Below are positions 48,048 through 60,111 of a DNA stretch of 64,000 bases, piece after piece. Under the pieces are notes generated by a model that saw only the letters and a list, made by a program, of their open reading frames with translations, did not search any database and was not told where the DNA came from. Positions within the stretch are counted from its first letter, which is position 1; every line of letters starts with the position of its first letter. A program made the translations under genes and the position numbers. Source of the DNA: Octopus bimaculoides (taxonomy: Eukaryota). The DNA lies in NCBI RefSeq assembly GCF_001194135.2, contig NC_068983.1, positions 54,035,840 through 54,099,839 of the forward strand, given 5' to 3'.

Positions 48048-48486
48048 TTCTAGCTACCAAATCCACTCAGCAAGGTTTTGATTGGCCCCTCGACTATGGT
48101 AAGATATTTGCTCAAGGTACCATGCAGTTGGACTGAACCTGAAACCATGTGGTTGTAAAGTAAAACTTTTCAGGTCCCCAGCTGTGTCAGTGCCTATTTA
48201 TCTTGAGTTAATAGCAAGTTAATAAATCTTGAGTTAATAGCAAGGGAGATAATGTGTGCAGGCCCATATCTAATCAATACCTAAATAAATATTTATAATC
48301 TACCAACTGTTTATTTTATGCAATGCCTTAAGTTGGCAGCTGCCTGTTTTGATTGTTAATTGCGAATGCACAGTATAGTTTCTCTATGGTTTAATATACA
48401 TATCACACACCTTCTATGAATGTAAGAAAATAGATTGTGAGAGTACTGAAAAGATTATGTAACTCTATGGGTGCGTTTGCATTTAT

Positions 48487-48531
<45 letters not shown>

Positions 48532-48809
48532 TATATATGCTTTCAATTTGTTGAAGCATAGAATAAGCTACTTGCATCAGTTATTAGCTGTCAGGGCATT
48601 GTAACCTTCAAAATTCCTTGCTTCCTGAAATTCCCCAACATTACTGATGTACTTATGCATCCTTTCTTGTTTAGGCCTCTTTTACTGTGCGCTCTGTCAG
48701 TCTTCTTGTCTTTTATTATGTGAACTGTGCATGGACTTCGATCATTGCTGTCTTTCTTTACTTATTTGCCCCTTCTGTCCCCTCTTTTTGTCTTTTTCTG
48801 AAGAGTCTT

Positions 48810-49002
48810 TTACTTGTTTCAGTCATTTGACTGTGGCCATGCTGGAGCACCACCTTTAGTCGAGCAAATCGACCCCAGGACTTATTCTTTGTACGCCTAG
48901 TACTTATTCTATCGGTCTCTTTTGCTGAACCGCTAAGTTACGGGGACGTAAACTCACCAGCATCGGTTGTCAGGCGATGTTGGAGGGACAAACACAGGCA
49001 AA

Positions 49003-49056
<54 letters not shown>

Positions 49057-49233
49057 CATATACATATATACGACGGGCTTCTTTCAGTTTCCATCTACCA
49101 AATCCACTCACAAGGCTTTGGTCGGCCTGAGGCTATAGTAGAAGACACTTGCCCAAGGTACCACACAGTGGGGCTAAACCCAGAACCATGTGGTTACTAA
49201 GCAAGCTACTTACAACACAGCCACTCCTGCACC
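48810..49233 (-). mobile_element. SINE-A
   Basis: Full copy with central (CA)n(TA)n. Confidence 0.9.
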
Positions 49234-49274
49234 TGAGCACTTTATACAATTCTCATTATTATTATTGTTATTAT

Positions 49275-51190
49275 TAGGGCAGTGAGCTGGTAGAATCATT
49301 AGCACGCTGTGTAAAATGCTTAGTGGTATTTCATCTGCTGCTATATTCTGAGTTCAAATTTCGCTGAGGTCGACTTTGCCTTTCATCCTTTCAGGATCAA
49401 TAAATTAAGTACCAGTCAAGTACTGGGGTTGATGTGATCGACTTACCCCCTCACCCAAAATTTCAGGCCTTGTGCTTATAGTACAAAAGATTATTATCAT
49501 CATCATCATCATTATTATTATGGGCATCAAGGTGGTGAGTTGGCAGAATTGTTAGCATGCTGGACGAAATGCTTAGTTGTATTTCACCCATTGCTACGTT
49601 CTGAGTTCAAATTCCACCGAGGTTGACTTTGTCTTTCATCCTTTCAGGGTCAATAAATCAAGTACCAGTTGTGTTCTGGGGTTGATCTAATTGACTGGCC
49701 CTCTCCCACAAAACTTCAGGCCTTGTGTCTATAATAGAAATTATTATTATTATTATTATTATTAAGGGCATCAAGGCAGTGAGCTAGCAGAATCGTTAGT
49801 ACACCAGACAAAAGCTTAGTGGTATTTTGTCCATCTTTACATTCTGAGTTCAAATTCCACCAAGGCCAGCTTCACCTTTCATCCTTTCGGGGTTGATAAA
49901 ATAAGTATCAGTCAAGTACTGGGGTCAATATAATCAACTTCCTCCCCACCCACTTCAGATTTTTATAGGCCTTGTTCTTAGAGTAGAAAGGATTGTTATC
50001 TTAGGCATCAAGCTGGTTCAACTGTTATTGTATCAGACAAAATGCTTAGCAGTTCTTTACATTCTGATGTGAAATCCCATTCAAATTGACTTGCCTTTCA
50101 TCCATTTTGGGTTGATAAAATAAGTACAAGTCAACTTCTGGGCTTGACGTAATTGACTGCTCCCTCCCCTCAAAAACTGCCAGCCCTCTACCAAAATCTG
50201 AACCCCTTCATATTATTATTATTAAAGGCAGCGAGCTGGCAGAAACGTTGGCATGCTGGGCAAAATGCTTAACGGCATTTCGTCTGTCTTTATGTTCTGA
50301 GTTCAAATTCTGCCAAGGTTAGCTTTTGCCTTTCATCCTTTTGGGGTCAATTAAGTAAGTACCAGTTATGCACTGGGGTTTGTCATCAGCCTAAGCCCTT
50401 CCCACAAATTTCAGGCTTTGTGCCTAAAGCAGAAAGAATTATTATTATTATTATATAAGGCAGCAAGCTGGCAGAATCATTAGCATGCTGGGCAAAATGC
50501 TAAGTGGCAATTTTGTCTGTTTTTATGTTCTGAGTTCAGATTCCATGGAGGTCAGCTTTGCTTTCCATCCTTTCAGGGTTGATAAATTAAGTACCAGTGA
50601 TACATTGGAGTTGATGTATTTCACTAGGCCCCTCCTCACAAAATTTCAGATCTTGTGCCTTTAGTAGAAAGGATTATTGTTATTATTATCATTATTATTA
50701 TTAATATTATAAAGGCATCGAGCTGGCAGGATTGTTAGCATTGTGGACAAAATGCTTAATGGTATTTCGCCCATCGCTATGTTCTGAGTTCAAATTCTTC
50801 CGAGGTCAAATTTGTTTTCCATCCTTTTGGGATCGATAAATTAAGTACCAGTGAAACACTGGGGTCAATGTAATCAACTAGTTCCCTCCCCACAAATCTG
50901 AAGCCTTGTGCCTCCAGTAGAAAGGATTATTATTGTTATCATTATTGTTAAGGTGATGAGCTGGCAGAACCATTAGCATGCTAGACGAAATGCTTAGCGG
51001 TATTTCACCTGCTGCTACATTCTGAGTTCAGATTCTGCTGAGGTTGACTTGCTTTTCATCCTTTCATGTTCAATAAAAATAAGTACCAGTTGAAAACTGG
51101 GGTCAATGTGACTCTTCCCCTCCCTTGATATTGCTTCCCTTGTGGCAAAATTTGAAACCATTATTATTATTATTATTACTATTATTATTA
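49275..51190 (+). mobile_element. Head-to-tail array of eight SINE-B copies separated by (TTA)n tails
   Basis: Heads at ~49277, 49528, 49773, 50003, 50224, 50457, 50712 and 50950, each with the GAGTTCAAAT B box and CATCCTTT...AAGTAC core. Confidence 0.92.
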
Positions 51191-51669
51191 TTGAGTGAGA
51201 GAGCAGTGCATGCCATCAAAGTGACACTGGGGTAAAATATACAATGCCCAGTATACCCATCATGACTACCCATCTGATAAGGGTACACCAGGCACATGCA
51301 TCGCAACTATATGTACATGATACGGTGATCTCATATCAAGATAAACAGTACATGACCTCGCAGGTGGGGGCCCAGTTAGAATTTTCTTCAGGTCGAGGAG
51401 CCCATCCTGCTCAAAAGGTCTCTGAATAAGGATTGTTTGAGGATGTTGAATGAAACAGCCATGTTTCTAAAGGTGAATTATTCAAACCCCAAAGAATTCC
51501 TCTCAACACATGGCTATGATGCTCCCTCACTACTTCTGCTCATGATCAGAGATGCACATATCGTCAGCCACTAAGGGGACATGCTCAACTGGTTAAGGTC
51601 AAGCAACTGGCAAGCAAATCTGTGGTATTGAGCAGAATATTTGCTGTAGCCCATCTTTTATACCAAGAC

Positions 51670-51670
<1 letters not shown>
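51185..51670 (-). mobile_element. Family D retroposon in the (TTA)n tail of the array
   Basis: Matches 29180-29712. Flanked by (TTA)n on both sides. Confidence 0.82.
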
Positions 51671-51699
<29 letters not shown>

Positions 51700-51703
<4 letters not shown>

Positions 51704-51925
51704 GGTGGTAAGCTGGCAGAATCATTAGCAGACTGGACAAAATGCTTAGTGGCATTTCATCCATCTTCATGTTCTGAGTTCAAATTCTGCCGTTGGTTGA
51801 CTTTGCCTTCATCCTTTCGGGGGTCGTTAAAATAAGTACCAGTTGGACACTTGGGTTGATGTAACCTGACTAAACCCTTCCCCTAAGATAGCAGGCCTTG
51901 TGCCAAAATTTGAAACCATTATTGT
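51700..51925 (+). mobile_element. Ninth SINE-B of the stack (tail type 3)
   Basis: Follows (TTA)n. Tail GCCTTGTGCCAAAATTTGAAACC. Confidence 0.85.
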
Positions 51926-52419
51926 GGTTATCACTTACATCACTTTGCTACAGACCATGCAAAGCTAATTTTCTCTGTGAGACATATTCATTCATTTGTA
52001 TCTCTTTTGACATTTGTTAAATACATTGAACATCAGTTCATTTAAACAGTTGAAAGAGTCTTCAGTGTGTCATTCTTATCATTAATATCTGAAGCAATGA
52101 TATTGTTCATTGTCTGTGAGATTCTTTTAGATTATTTTAGTTTAAACAATCAATTCATTTGTTTATTTGCTTGCTTAGTAAAAGACTTGACTGAAGTTGG
52201 TAGAAGATCAGTTTTGGCAAGAAAGGGTTTATGAAATGGCATTTATTTTGCCAACTCTGGGAAGTAAAATGCAGTTAGTACCAGTAAGATTTCACACTGA
52301 TGAATTAAACCAAATGATATAACATGTTATTTTTAAATTAATTAGTTAGGGAGGAAAAGCAGCTCCCTTAGCTATTGAAGGCTCTTCATGTCTAGTGAGG
52401 GAGTTGCAGTTGATATACA

Positions 52420-52810
52420 TCATCATCATCATCATCATATAATGTCTGTTGTCCATGCTGGCATGGGTTGGATGGTTTGATTAGGTCTGGTAAGCTGGAT
52501 GGCTGCACTAGACTCCAGTCTGATTTGGAATGGTTTTCTATGGCTGGATGCCCTTCCTAATGCCAACTACTCCAAGGGTATAATGGGCGCTTTTATGTGC
52601 CACCAGCATGGGTGCCATTTGTGTGACATTTGTCTCTGCGATGACTGTGATTTTGCTTGGCATGATGGGTCTTCTTCTTGAGCACGACATAATGCCATAT
52701 GTCTCAGTCATTGCCTCTGTGAGTCCCAACACTCGAAAGGAACTCAGCCACTTGCCTCTTTGAGGCCCAGTGCTCAAATGGAATTCAGCCACTTTGCTGC
52801 CACGAGGCCC
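52420..52810 (-). mobile_element. RTE LINE 3' end with ORF C-terminus
   Basis: (CAT)n tail and 3' UTR. Minus strand reads RVLGLTEAMT. Confidence 0.82.
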
Positions 52811-52829
52811 AGACATTGTAATAATTATA

Positions 52830-53420
52830 GAAGATAGAAAAACAACAGTGCTCAAGTATCAGAGATTGTTCTTCTACTAAATGGCTTTCTTTTCCATTCT
52901 ATTGATGCTGTTTGTGTGTAGCATCAGTAGTTTGAAACAAGATTTACTTGAACTTTGTAAAAGATCAGTATCTAGATTGAGCTGAAGTATTCTGTAGCCC
53001 TGAATATAAAGCCTAGTCTTTGAGATACAGTTTTGTTTGTTATATGCATGAGGTTGCCATGAGGGATGGTCTAGGATTGTTAGATTTAGTATTAGTAGCA
53101 AGTTTGAGAACTCTAATTAGGTGTTGATCATGTGAAGAGATTGTGTCTTAAAGCTGTTGAAGGAGATTAAGTTGTCACTTCTTCATTGAATAATGTTTAT
53201 GAAGACACTGTTTCTAATAACTGCACAAATCTGTCAAGAGATGTCTGGACTGCTTGTTAATGATTATACATAGAAGGTTAAGGAGAAGTAAAGATTTGTA
53301 TGAATGACATAGGGATGTTGATGTTAAAATTAACACAAAATGATCATCATATGAGAAGCATGTGAAAGACATGATTGTATAAAGTGTGGGTTGGATTATG
53401 CCTTGTCACCACAAATTATA
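52830..53420 (-). pseudogene. Ancient CR1/L2-group LINE RT C-terminal fragment
   Basis: Across frameshifts: LLTDLCSY..NLISFNSFKTQSLHM, LNLTILDHPSWQPH, VSQRLGFIFRATEYFSS..ILIFYK. These resemble the NLVSFNASKTQ / LSWKPH / LGFLFRARKYF / LYKAQ motifs of this group. Confidence 0.6.
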
Positions 53421-53529
53421 AAGTAGCAGTTTAACACAAAACTTCTGAGAGACAGGTTGAACTTGTAAATATCCAACTGACCCCTTACAAACTTGAAACC
53501 TTTGTTTCCTGTTGAGTATAGATTAGAAA

Positions 53530-54368
53530 TAGGTTGATAAGGTAATGGAGGTAGTCAGAGTATGTGACAGAGTACTTAAAATTAGATTAGTGCTTCACCA
53601 CAGGTTAGCTACCGTTATCTTGGCCTATGCCCCTCAACTGGGGCTACCAGATGGGCAGAAAGACCAATTTTATGACACCCTGTTGCAGACTACCTCGTCG
53701 ACTAATGACAGAGACCTTCTCTTTGTGGATGGTGATTTCAATGGACATGTTGGACAATATGCAGGATACTTCCATGGCGTACATGGAGGCTATGGCTTTG
53801 GTTCCCACAATGAGGAGGGAATCAGACTGCTGGAGTTCTGCAATGCAAATGATCTTATGGTTTGCAATACTAACTTCAGGAAACCCACCTGTCACCTCGT
53901 CACCTACTGTTCTGGCAGACACACTAGCCAAATTGACTACATCCTCACCAGAAATAGGGAAAGAGGACTGCTCATAAATGCCAAAACCTTCCCAAGCAAA
54001 GAATGTACCCCTCAACATAGATTAGTAGTTAGCGACTTCGGGATCAGGGCTAAATGGATGCCCAGAAGTAGACCAGCTTGGAGGAGAAGGGTCTGGAAGC
54101 TTAAAGATCCCGCAAATGGACAGATTTAGAGATGTATTACTCGAAGCCTTCGATGAAATAGAAGGGGATATAGCATCACATAATGTGGAAGACAACTGGA
54201 GGTTTCTACGGGACAACCTGCTGAGAGCCACTGACCAGATCTTTGGATGGTGCAAAGTCCCCTCTCGGCCCAAGGTAACGTGGTGGTGGAACAATGTGGT
54301 TGACAGGGCTATTAGACAAAAGAAACAGGCTTGGAAGGACTGGAAGAACAGAGGTTGCAGGGAATTGT
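53530..54368 (+). pseudogene. RTE LINE apurinic-like endonuclease fragment
   Basis: AYAPQ, GDFNGHVG, HGGYGFG, EGIRLLEFC, NTNFRK, QIDYIL, QHRLVV; then after a frameshift VEDNWRFL..WWWNNVVDRAIRQKKQAWK. Confidence 0.92.
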
Positions 54369-54811
54369 TTCTACCTATGCCTTCTACCTGAAGGAGTTTG
54401 TGGTTTGTCTACTTTTCTGCTTATTAGGACTTTGGTTTTAGCTAGGTTGACTCTAAGGCCCTTCGATTCTAATCCTTGCTTTCACACCTGAAACTTCTCC
54501 TCTAGTTCTGATAGTAACTCAGCAATTAGAGCAAGGTCATCAGCATAGAGGAGCTCCCAGGGGCATCCTGTCTTGAATTCCTCTGTGATCGCCTGGAGGA
54601 CTATGATAAATAGGAAGGGGCTGAGGACTGAACCTTGGTGGACCCCTACCTCTTCTCAGAATTCTTCACTGTACTCATTGCCAACCCTCACCTTACTGAC
54701 GGCGTCCCCGTACATGGCTCACACAGCTTTCACTAACCATTCATCTATCCCTAGTTTCCTTATTGACCACCACATAAGGGATCGGGGGACCCAGTCAAAG
54801 GCTTTCTCCAT
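54369..54811 (-). pseudogene. RTE LINE RT core fragment, inverted relative to the endonuclease
   Basis: MEKAFDWVPR, GVHQGSVLSPFLF, LLYADDLAL, GLRVNLAKTKV, with in-frame stops. Confidence 0.92.
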
Positions 54812-54869
54812 GACGTTAAACAATGATGGTGATGATGTTCTCTACATTGAGCTCCCTTCCTGACTTCTC

Positions 54870-55185
54870 TCTAGTAGGATCTTTACTTTTTCAGCTCTAT
54901 CCCAGGACCCTGCCTCGAACTATTTTTAGGGAATTATGTTCCCTGTGCCAAGGCCTTCCTCTATCCGGTTTTGTTGGCTTTTAATTGTTATTAATATTTG
55001 CGTAACTTTGTTTTTTCTTGTTTTGGGTGTTGGGATTATGCAAGAAGAGGTGTCTCTTATTAGTCTGGTCACTAACCTTTGATCTGTCCAGCAAGAAGGC
55101 CCTACCAGATGCTTCCTCTCTAGTGGCATAGCTCTCAGGGTCATTGGGACATACAAGCCACTCTACCACAGCAAGGATTAGGTCT
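54870..55185 (-). mobile_element. 5' UTR of an RTE-like LINE
   Basis: Minus strand CCTTGCTGTGGTAGAGTGGCTTGTATGTCCCAATGACCCTGAGAGCTATGCC...TGGTAGGGCC...GGACAGATCAAAGG...CCAGAC resembles the conserved 5' motif I recall from RTE/BovB-like elements. Confidence 0.55.
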
Positions 55186-55859
55186 TTTAATGAATGCACA
55201 CACGAGGGCCTATTTATAATTTAAAGGTGATGCTAGATTAGTCTGTTTGAGGCCTCTCAAATGATAGAATTCCACCATATCATGCAAAAATCTAATAACT
55301 TTGTATTAAAAAATCGCTCCCCACATTACAATACTCACTTAATTCTCTCTATAAAAGCCATATCTTATCAAAAGGAATGGAAATTATTGTCAACACAACT
55401 AACCACATAATTTTCAAAACAAAACTGTCAGATGATATCTATCAAAGCGAACAAACATTAATAACACTGCTAAGTAAATGATTATCCTAAAGCAGAGCCA
55501 TCTGGCAATATTTGCATCAGTGAATGAATATCACTGACTTCACTACTAAGCCACATGATTAGTTCTACAGCAGAATCTATCTGCTGCTATCACTCAATAT
55601 GGGTGGTCATCATCGATAATGCTACCAACCACTTGATCAGTCAGCTGATCCACCACAATACCATACACATGACTAACTAAATGGTGTCCAACACCTTTAA
55701 ATACTCTGAACGACCATTCCATTTAATTATACCAGCTGACATTAGACCAGGAGACTCTTGGACGAGTACCTCAGACAAATGTCAACTACCACATGCTTCC
55801 AGTGTTAAATGTTCAATGCAAACAAATATAAGTAAATATTTCATCATAAGTTGTTCTTC

Positions 55860-56165
55860 CCTCTGTCCATCCATTTTCTCCACCTGCTATTCATGGGATG
55901 GTTGTTGGGGTAGAGTCCTGAGGCACCCCTTTCATAGGTTCCTATCAGAGACAACCATCATTACACTTTCTGGTTGGATTTTCATGTACATCCAACCGTG
56001 ACTATGGATGTTATCCAACCATCTCATTCTTGGTCTACATCTAGGTTTCCTGCCAGTTGGCTTGGCTTGAAAAATCTGTCTTGTAATTCTTTCCTGCTGC
56101 ATTCTAATACTTGTCCATTGTACCAAAGCTGGGGCCTCTCAATGTATAGAAGCAGCTGCAATATG
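55860..56165 (-). pseudogene. 3' end of an RTE/RTEX-like LINE
   Basis: RMQQERITRQIFQAKPTGRKPRCRPRMRWLDNI motif, GATGGA-type tail. Confidence 0.7.
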
Positions 56166-56202
56166 AAAAGGGTTCAATTGTTTTTAATACCATGTTTACA
56201 AG

Positions 56203-56410
56203 TAACGAGCAGGCAGAATCGTTAGTATGACAGGCAAAATGCTTAATGACGTTTTGTTTGTTTTTATGTTTTGATTTCAAATTCTGCAGAGGTCAACTTT
56301 TCCTTTCATCCTTTTTGGGGTCATTAAAATAAGTACCATTTGAACACTGGGGTCAATGTAATTGACTTACCCCCTCCCCAAGAATGGTGCCAAAATTTGA
56401 AACCAATAAC
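56203..56410 (+). mobile_element. SINE-B (tail type 3), CpG-depleted
   Basis: Core CTTTCATCCTTTTTGGGGTCATTAAAATAAGTACC. Confidence 0.8.
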
Positions 56411-58199
56411 ATATTTCCTTGGTTACAACAAGGCTTTTAAGCATTATAAACCATTTGTAACATTTAAATCTTACAAATGGTTCATAATACTTAAAAGCTA
56501 AGGTTTTATCTTTGTAATCAACATACTGACCTTCACTTTGCATCCTGGGCCTAGCACAATATCCATATCATGTTAAGCATCAAAGTTAAACTTCATATCA
56601 AGGGGATGAATTATTTTTTTGTTAAATAATGCAGTATTATATTTTTATCATCTATCAATATCTAGTTTTCTGTATCTCATTAATTTTAATTAAATACAAC
56701 TAAAACAACAAAACTCACTTAACTTGACCTCACTGAATTTCATAAGTTACTTATTTACATCACCTATTGATTCGGGAATCAACCAAATTATTAATAATTA
56801 ATGGTTAATGAGCAAATAAATATGCAAAACAAAACTTTTTTTGAAGTAATGTAAACAGTCTACAGCTTTTTATTTTGTTTTGGTCTTCAATGCAAAGCTT
56901 TTCTCATGGCTAGTGTGTGCAAATCCCACCCCTGACAGTGAAAACTGAGAGGCCATTTACATACAGCTCGTCTTATTGGAATATGACTTGCACTAACAAA
57001 ATTTTTGTTACTTAAACTAAAGCTAAAAAAGAAATGTTTAAGAAATCAATAATGTAACGACATATTCATCCTCTTCCATTTCTATTCTTATGTCATTGAT
57101 GTGGCTGAAGCTTCTCACACAGATCAATGGAAGAAGTCAGATCATCCAGGCAAGAGAAACTACAGTGGACATTGAGGTAATAAACCTCTACATGGTGGAT
57201 TAGGAGGTCAGTCACAAATTCCTACACAGTGGGTGTAGAGGTGGTGAACCTCTACTTGGTGGTCATGGAGATGGCAAGCCTCAAGTCACTTTTAAACAAC
57301 GTTGAAGATTTATGAGGAATAGAGTGACAAATTTTAAACTAAGTTAAACTGGTTACTGAGGCAATTAAAATCAAGTCACCTCACCTATCAAAATAGAAAG
57401 TAAACAAAAGAACAAGATTTATCATCACTGAGGATGATGTTGAGCCAAAGAATTTCTGAAAATGATCATCTTTGTGGTGGCTTTGGTGAATCTGAATTTG
57501 AAATGAATGTCTTCTTTGTTGTCAGTAATTGCCAGAGTGCCAAAGTGATTTGACATTCTGGCAATCAATGTCTGCAATAAATAGATTTTGTAGCTATCTG
57601 TGGTAATATCGAAGAATGAAATACTATGAACTCAAGTGGACATGTACAAAAATATTGGACAAATACCCAGGCGGACTTTTAGAATCCCTACTGGAGGAAA
57701 TGAAGTAATTTATGACTTTTTTTTTATCTTGAGTCTTAGAACGCATAAGGTAAGCCAGAGAATCGCATTCAGCACCAGTCAAATTACCCAACCTATGCTA
57801 GCATGGACGATGATGATTAAACAACAATGGTGATACTGACAGACTTTATCATTATTAATCTGGTATTTGGAAAATAAATCAACATTCAATCTTGATGAAA
57901 ACTGTTAACTGAGATCACTTTTAAAACAAGGCCAGATGGCATCAAAAGAGTGAAGCCATAACTTGGTGCTATAATGACTTGAAATATTGCTAAAATTATT
58001 AAAAGTCCAATATTTGTTAATGATGCTTATAGGCAGAAGATTAAGGAGGATTAACAAGCAGCTTATGTTCTAGCTCTTTGTATTCTCATTAAAAGTTTAA
58101 GTTCCATTAATTCATACATTCCTCCGAGTTCAAATCATGTGGTAGCCTACATGTGGTAGATTTCATTCCTCACTCAGTTTACAATCTCTCCCCCTACCC

Positions 58200-58385
58200 A
58201 AAGCACTGGTGATGGTGCCACATGAAAAGCACCCAGTACACTCCATAAGAAGGGTGTCCAACTGCAGAAGTCATGCCAAAACAGGTTATGGAACCTGGCA
58301 CAGTTTCTGGATTTGCCAGTCCCTGTTAAGCTGTCCAACCCATGCCAGCATGGAAAACAGACGTTAAATGATGATGATGATGACC
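58200..58385 (+). mobile_element. RTE LINE 3' end
   Basis: CCATGCCAGCATGGAAAACAGACGTTAAATGATGATGATG. Other such ends at ~6375, 9240, 10130, 14745, 28775, 47325 and 59590. Confidence 0.8.
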
Positions 58386-60111
58386 CCCATCTGGTCTTTT
58401 GGACCCCTTTAGGCTTTACCTTCCTCTCTTGTGGAAGCAAACAGCAAGAAAAAAAAATGTCAGATTTATTGTAGTTTAGCCACTGGTCAAACAGATTTAT
58501 ACTCAGAAACATCCCAACCATGACGATGAGTGTTTTTTACTTTCAGGCATCACGAAATACATTATCCAAAGTGTCCTTCCAGTTTAAGCTAACAGAATAT
58601 CGTTTGAGGGAGATTTTAATATTTTTAGCAGGTAGAATGCTCATGAGCAAACTCATAAGGCCTTCTTTTGTGTGATACAGCAAAGGTATTCATTAGAAAA
58701 AGAGTTGGTTGTATAACAGGAAATGTTCCTGTTAGCAAAAAACATTGTAAAACACTCCATGAAAAAAATTGTATGAATGGATTGATTGTATAACCTCTAT
58801 AAGAGCTGGAGGGTTAATGGAGATTATTTTTTAAAACATCAATAATGAGGTGAAAGAAAGTTGTTGATGAGAAATCGTTAAGAATTGTCAGAATTGGTTG
58901 TTACTATAACAGGTGGGAAAAAAAATAACTTTAACATGAACCAATATTTTATGGCCAATCAGAAGGTTTCGGTTGCTAATGATTTCTACGTGCAAGTGTG
59001 GGTGTGGAGTGAAAATGCTTGGTTCCTAACAATGTTGGTCTTGAGTTCAATTCCATTGTGTGGTGCCTTGGGCAAGCATCTTCTACTTAGACTCAGGCCG
59101 ACCAAAAAACTTGTGAGTAAATGGAAACTGAAAGAAGCCTGTTGTGTGTGTAAGTCTGTGTGTGTGTTTACATATTGTGGGGCTGGAATGGGCTGGAAAT
59201 AAAGGATCAGTGATGTTACACAAACGGCTGAGGGTCCTTGCTGAAAGGACAGGAGCAAGGGAGAATCACGTGAGCAAATGCATGATTAATGTAGGCCTCT
59301 TCACCTTGGGGCTTTTGTACGGGATGGATATATGTGGCCTCATGACTTGAGGGAATTTGCCATTAGGTTCTGGCAGGAGGTTTGGCAGGCAGGGCTCCTA
59401 TGAATATATCCCAGCTAGAAGGGATCAAAGCTATAAAAGAACCTGTAAAATAGGTGAGTTGCATTTCCCCCCACCCCACACTGCAAGTACTTGTGTACTT
59501 GTTGTATGCAGTGGATGGTGGGTATTGAATCATGTGAGTTGCTGTAAATGAGAATCACTGTCATACAAGCAGTGTTGTTCATTTCCTGTTTCCATAGTAA
59601 AATATTACCTGCTTTCAAGCAAGGGAGGGTTGGCAACATGAAGGGAATCTGGCAATGGAAAATCTGCCTTAACAAATTCCATCTAACCCATGCAAGCATG
59701 GAAAAGTGGACATTAAAACAGTGGTGATGATGATGATGTATTTTGTATAATTCAAGTATGTTTGAGTGTATAAAATAGGGTTTCTGTGGTTGTTCTTTGT
59801 TGATGTAAGCTGGATTTGTATTTCATTATTACATTTCAATCGACAGGTTTCTTTGGGAATATATTTGTTATAAATGTTCTCACTGGAAAAGAATGGGAAA
59901 AGATAAATAAATGGAGAGGAACATACGAGTTAATACCATTTAGGATTTCAATAGAGGATGTTATTGAAATTCTGTCATTCATTTAGGGATATAAGTGGTT
60001 AGTGATAATTCATAGACCCCTTTTTAGGAAAGGGATAACTATAGGGGACGAAATTAAGGATTAGGTATGTGGAAAGTGAAAGTTATAAGGTTGATATTTC
60101 ATAATATTCCT

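Noticed and set aside
49275-51925. CRISPR-like repeat/spacer appearance of the SINE stack, the 21.5-kb array and the MITE cluster
   Set aside because: Eukaryotic context, no cas genes, units are SINE/MITE copies or degenerate, and spacers are not of uniform length.
54573-54863. Plus-strand ORFs opposite RT fragments (also 24272-24682, 53644-54018)
   Set aside because: Antisense shadows of retrotransposon coding sequence.
57122-58630. Candidate small exons at ~57122-57176 and ~58547-58630
   Set aside because: Splice-like signals only; peptides unrecognised and frames ambiguous.
59180-59470. GC-richer segment as an L1/Tx1 RT relic
   Set aside because: Only a vague resemblance; no diagnostic motif.
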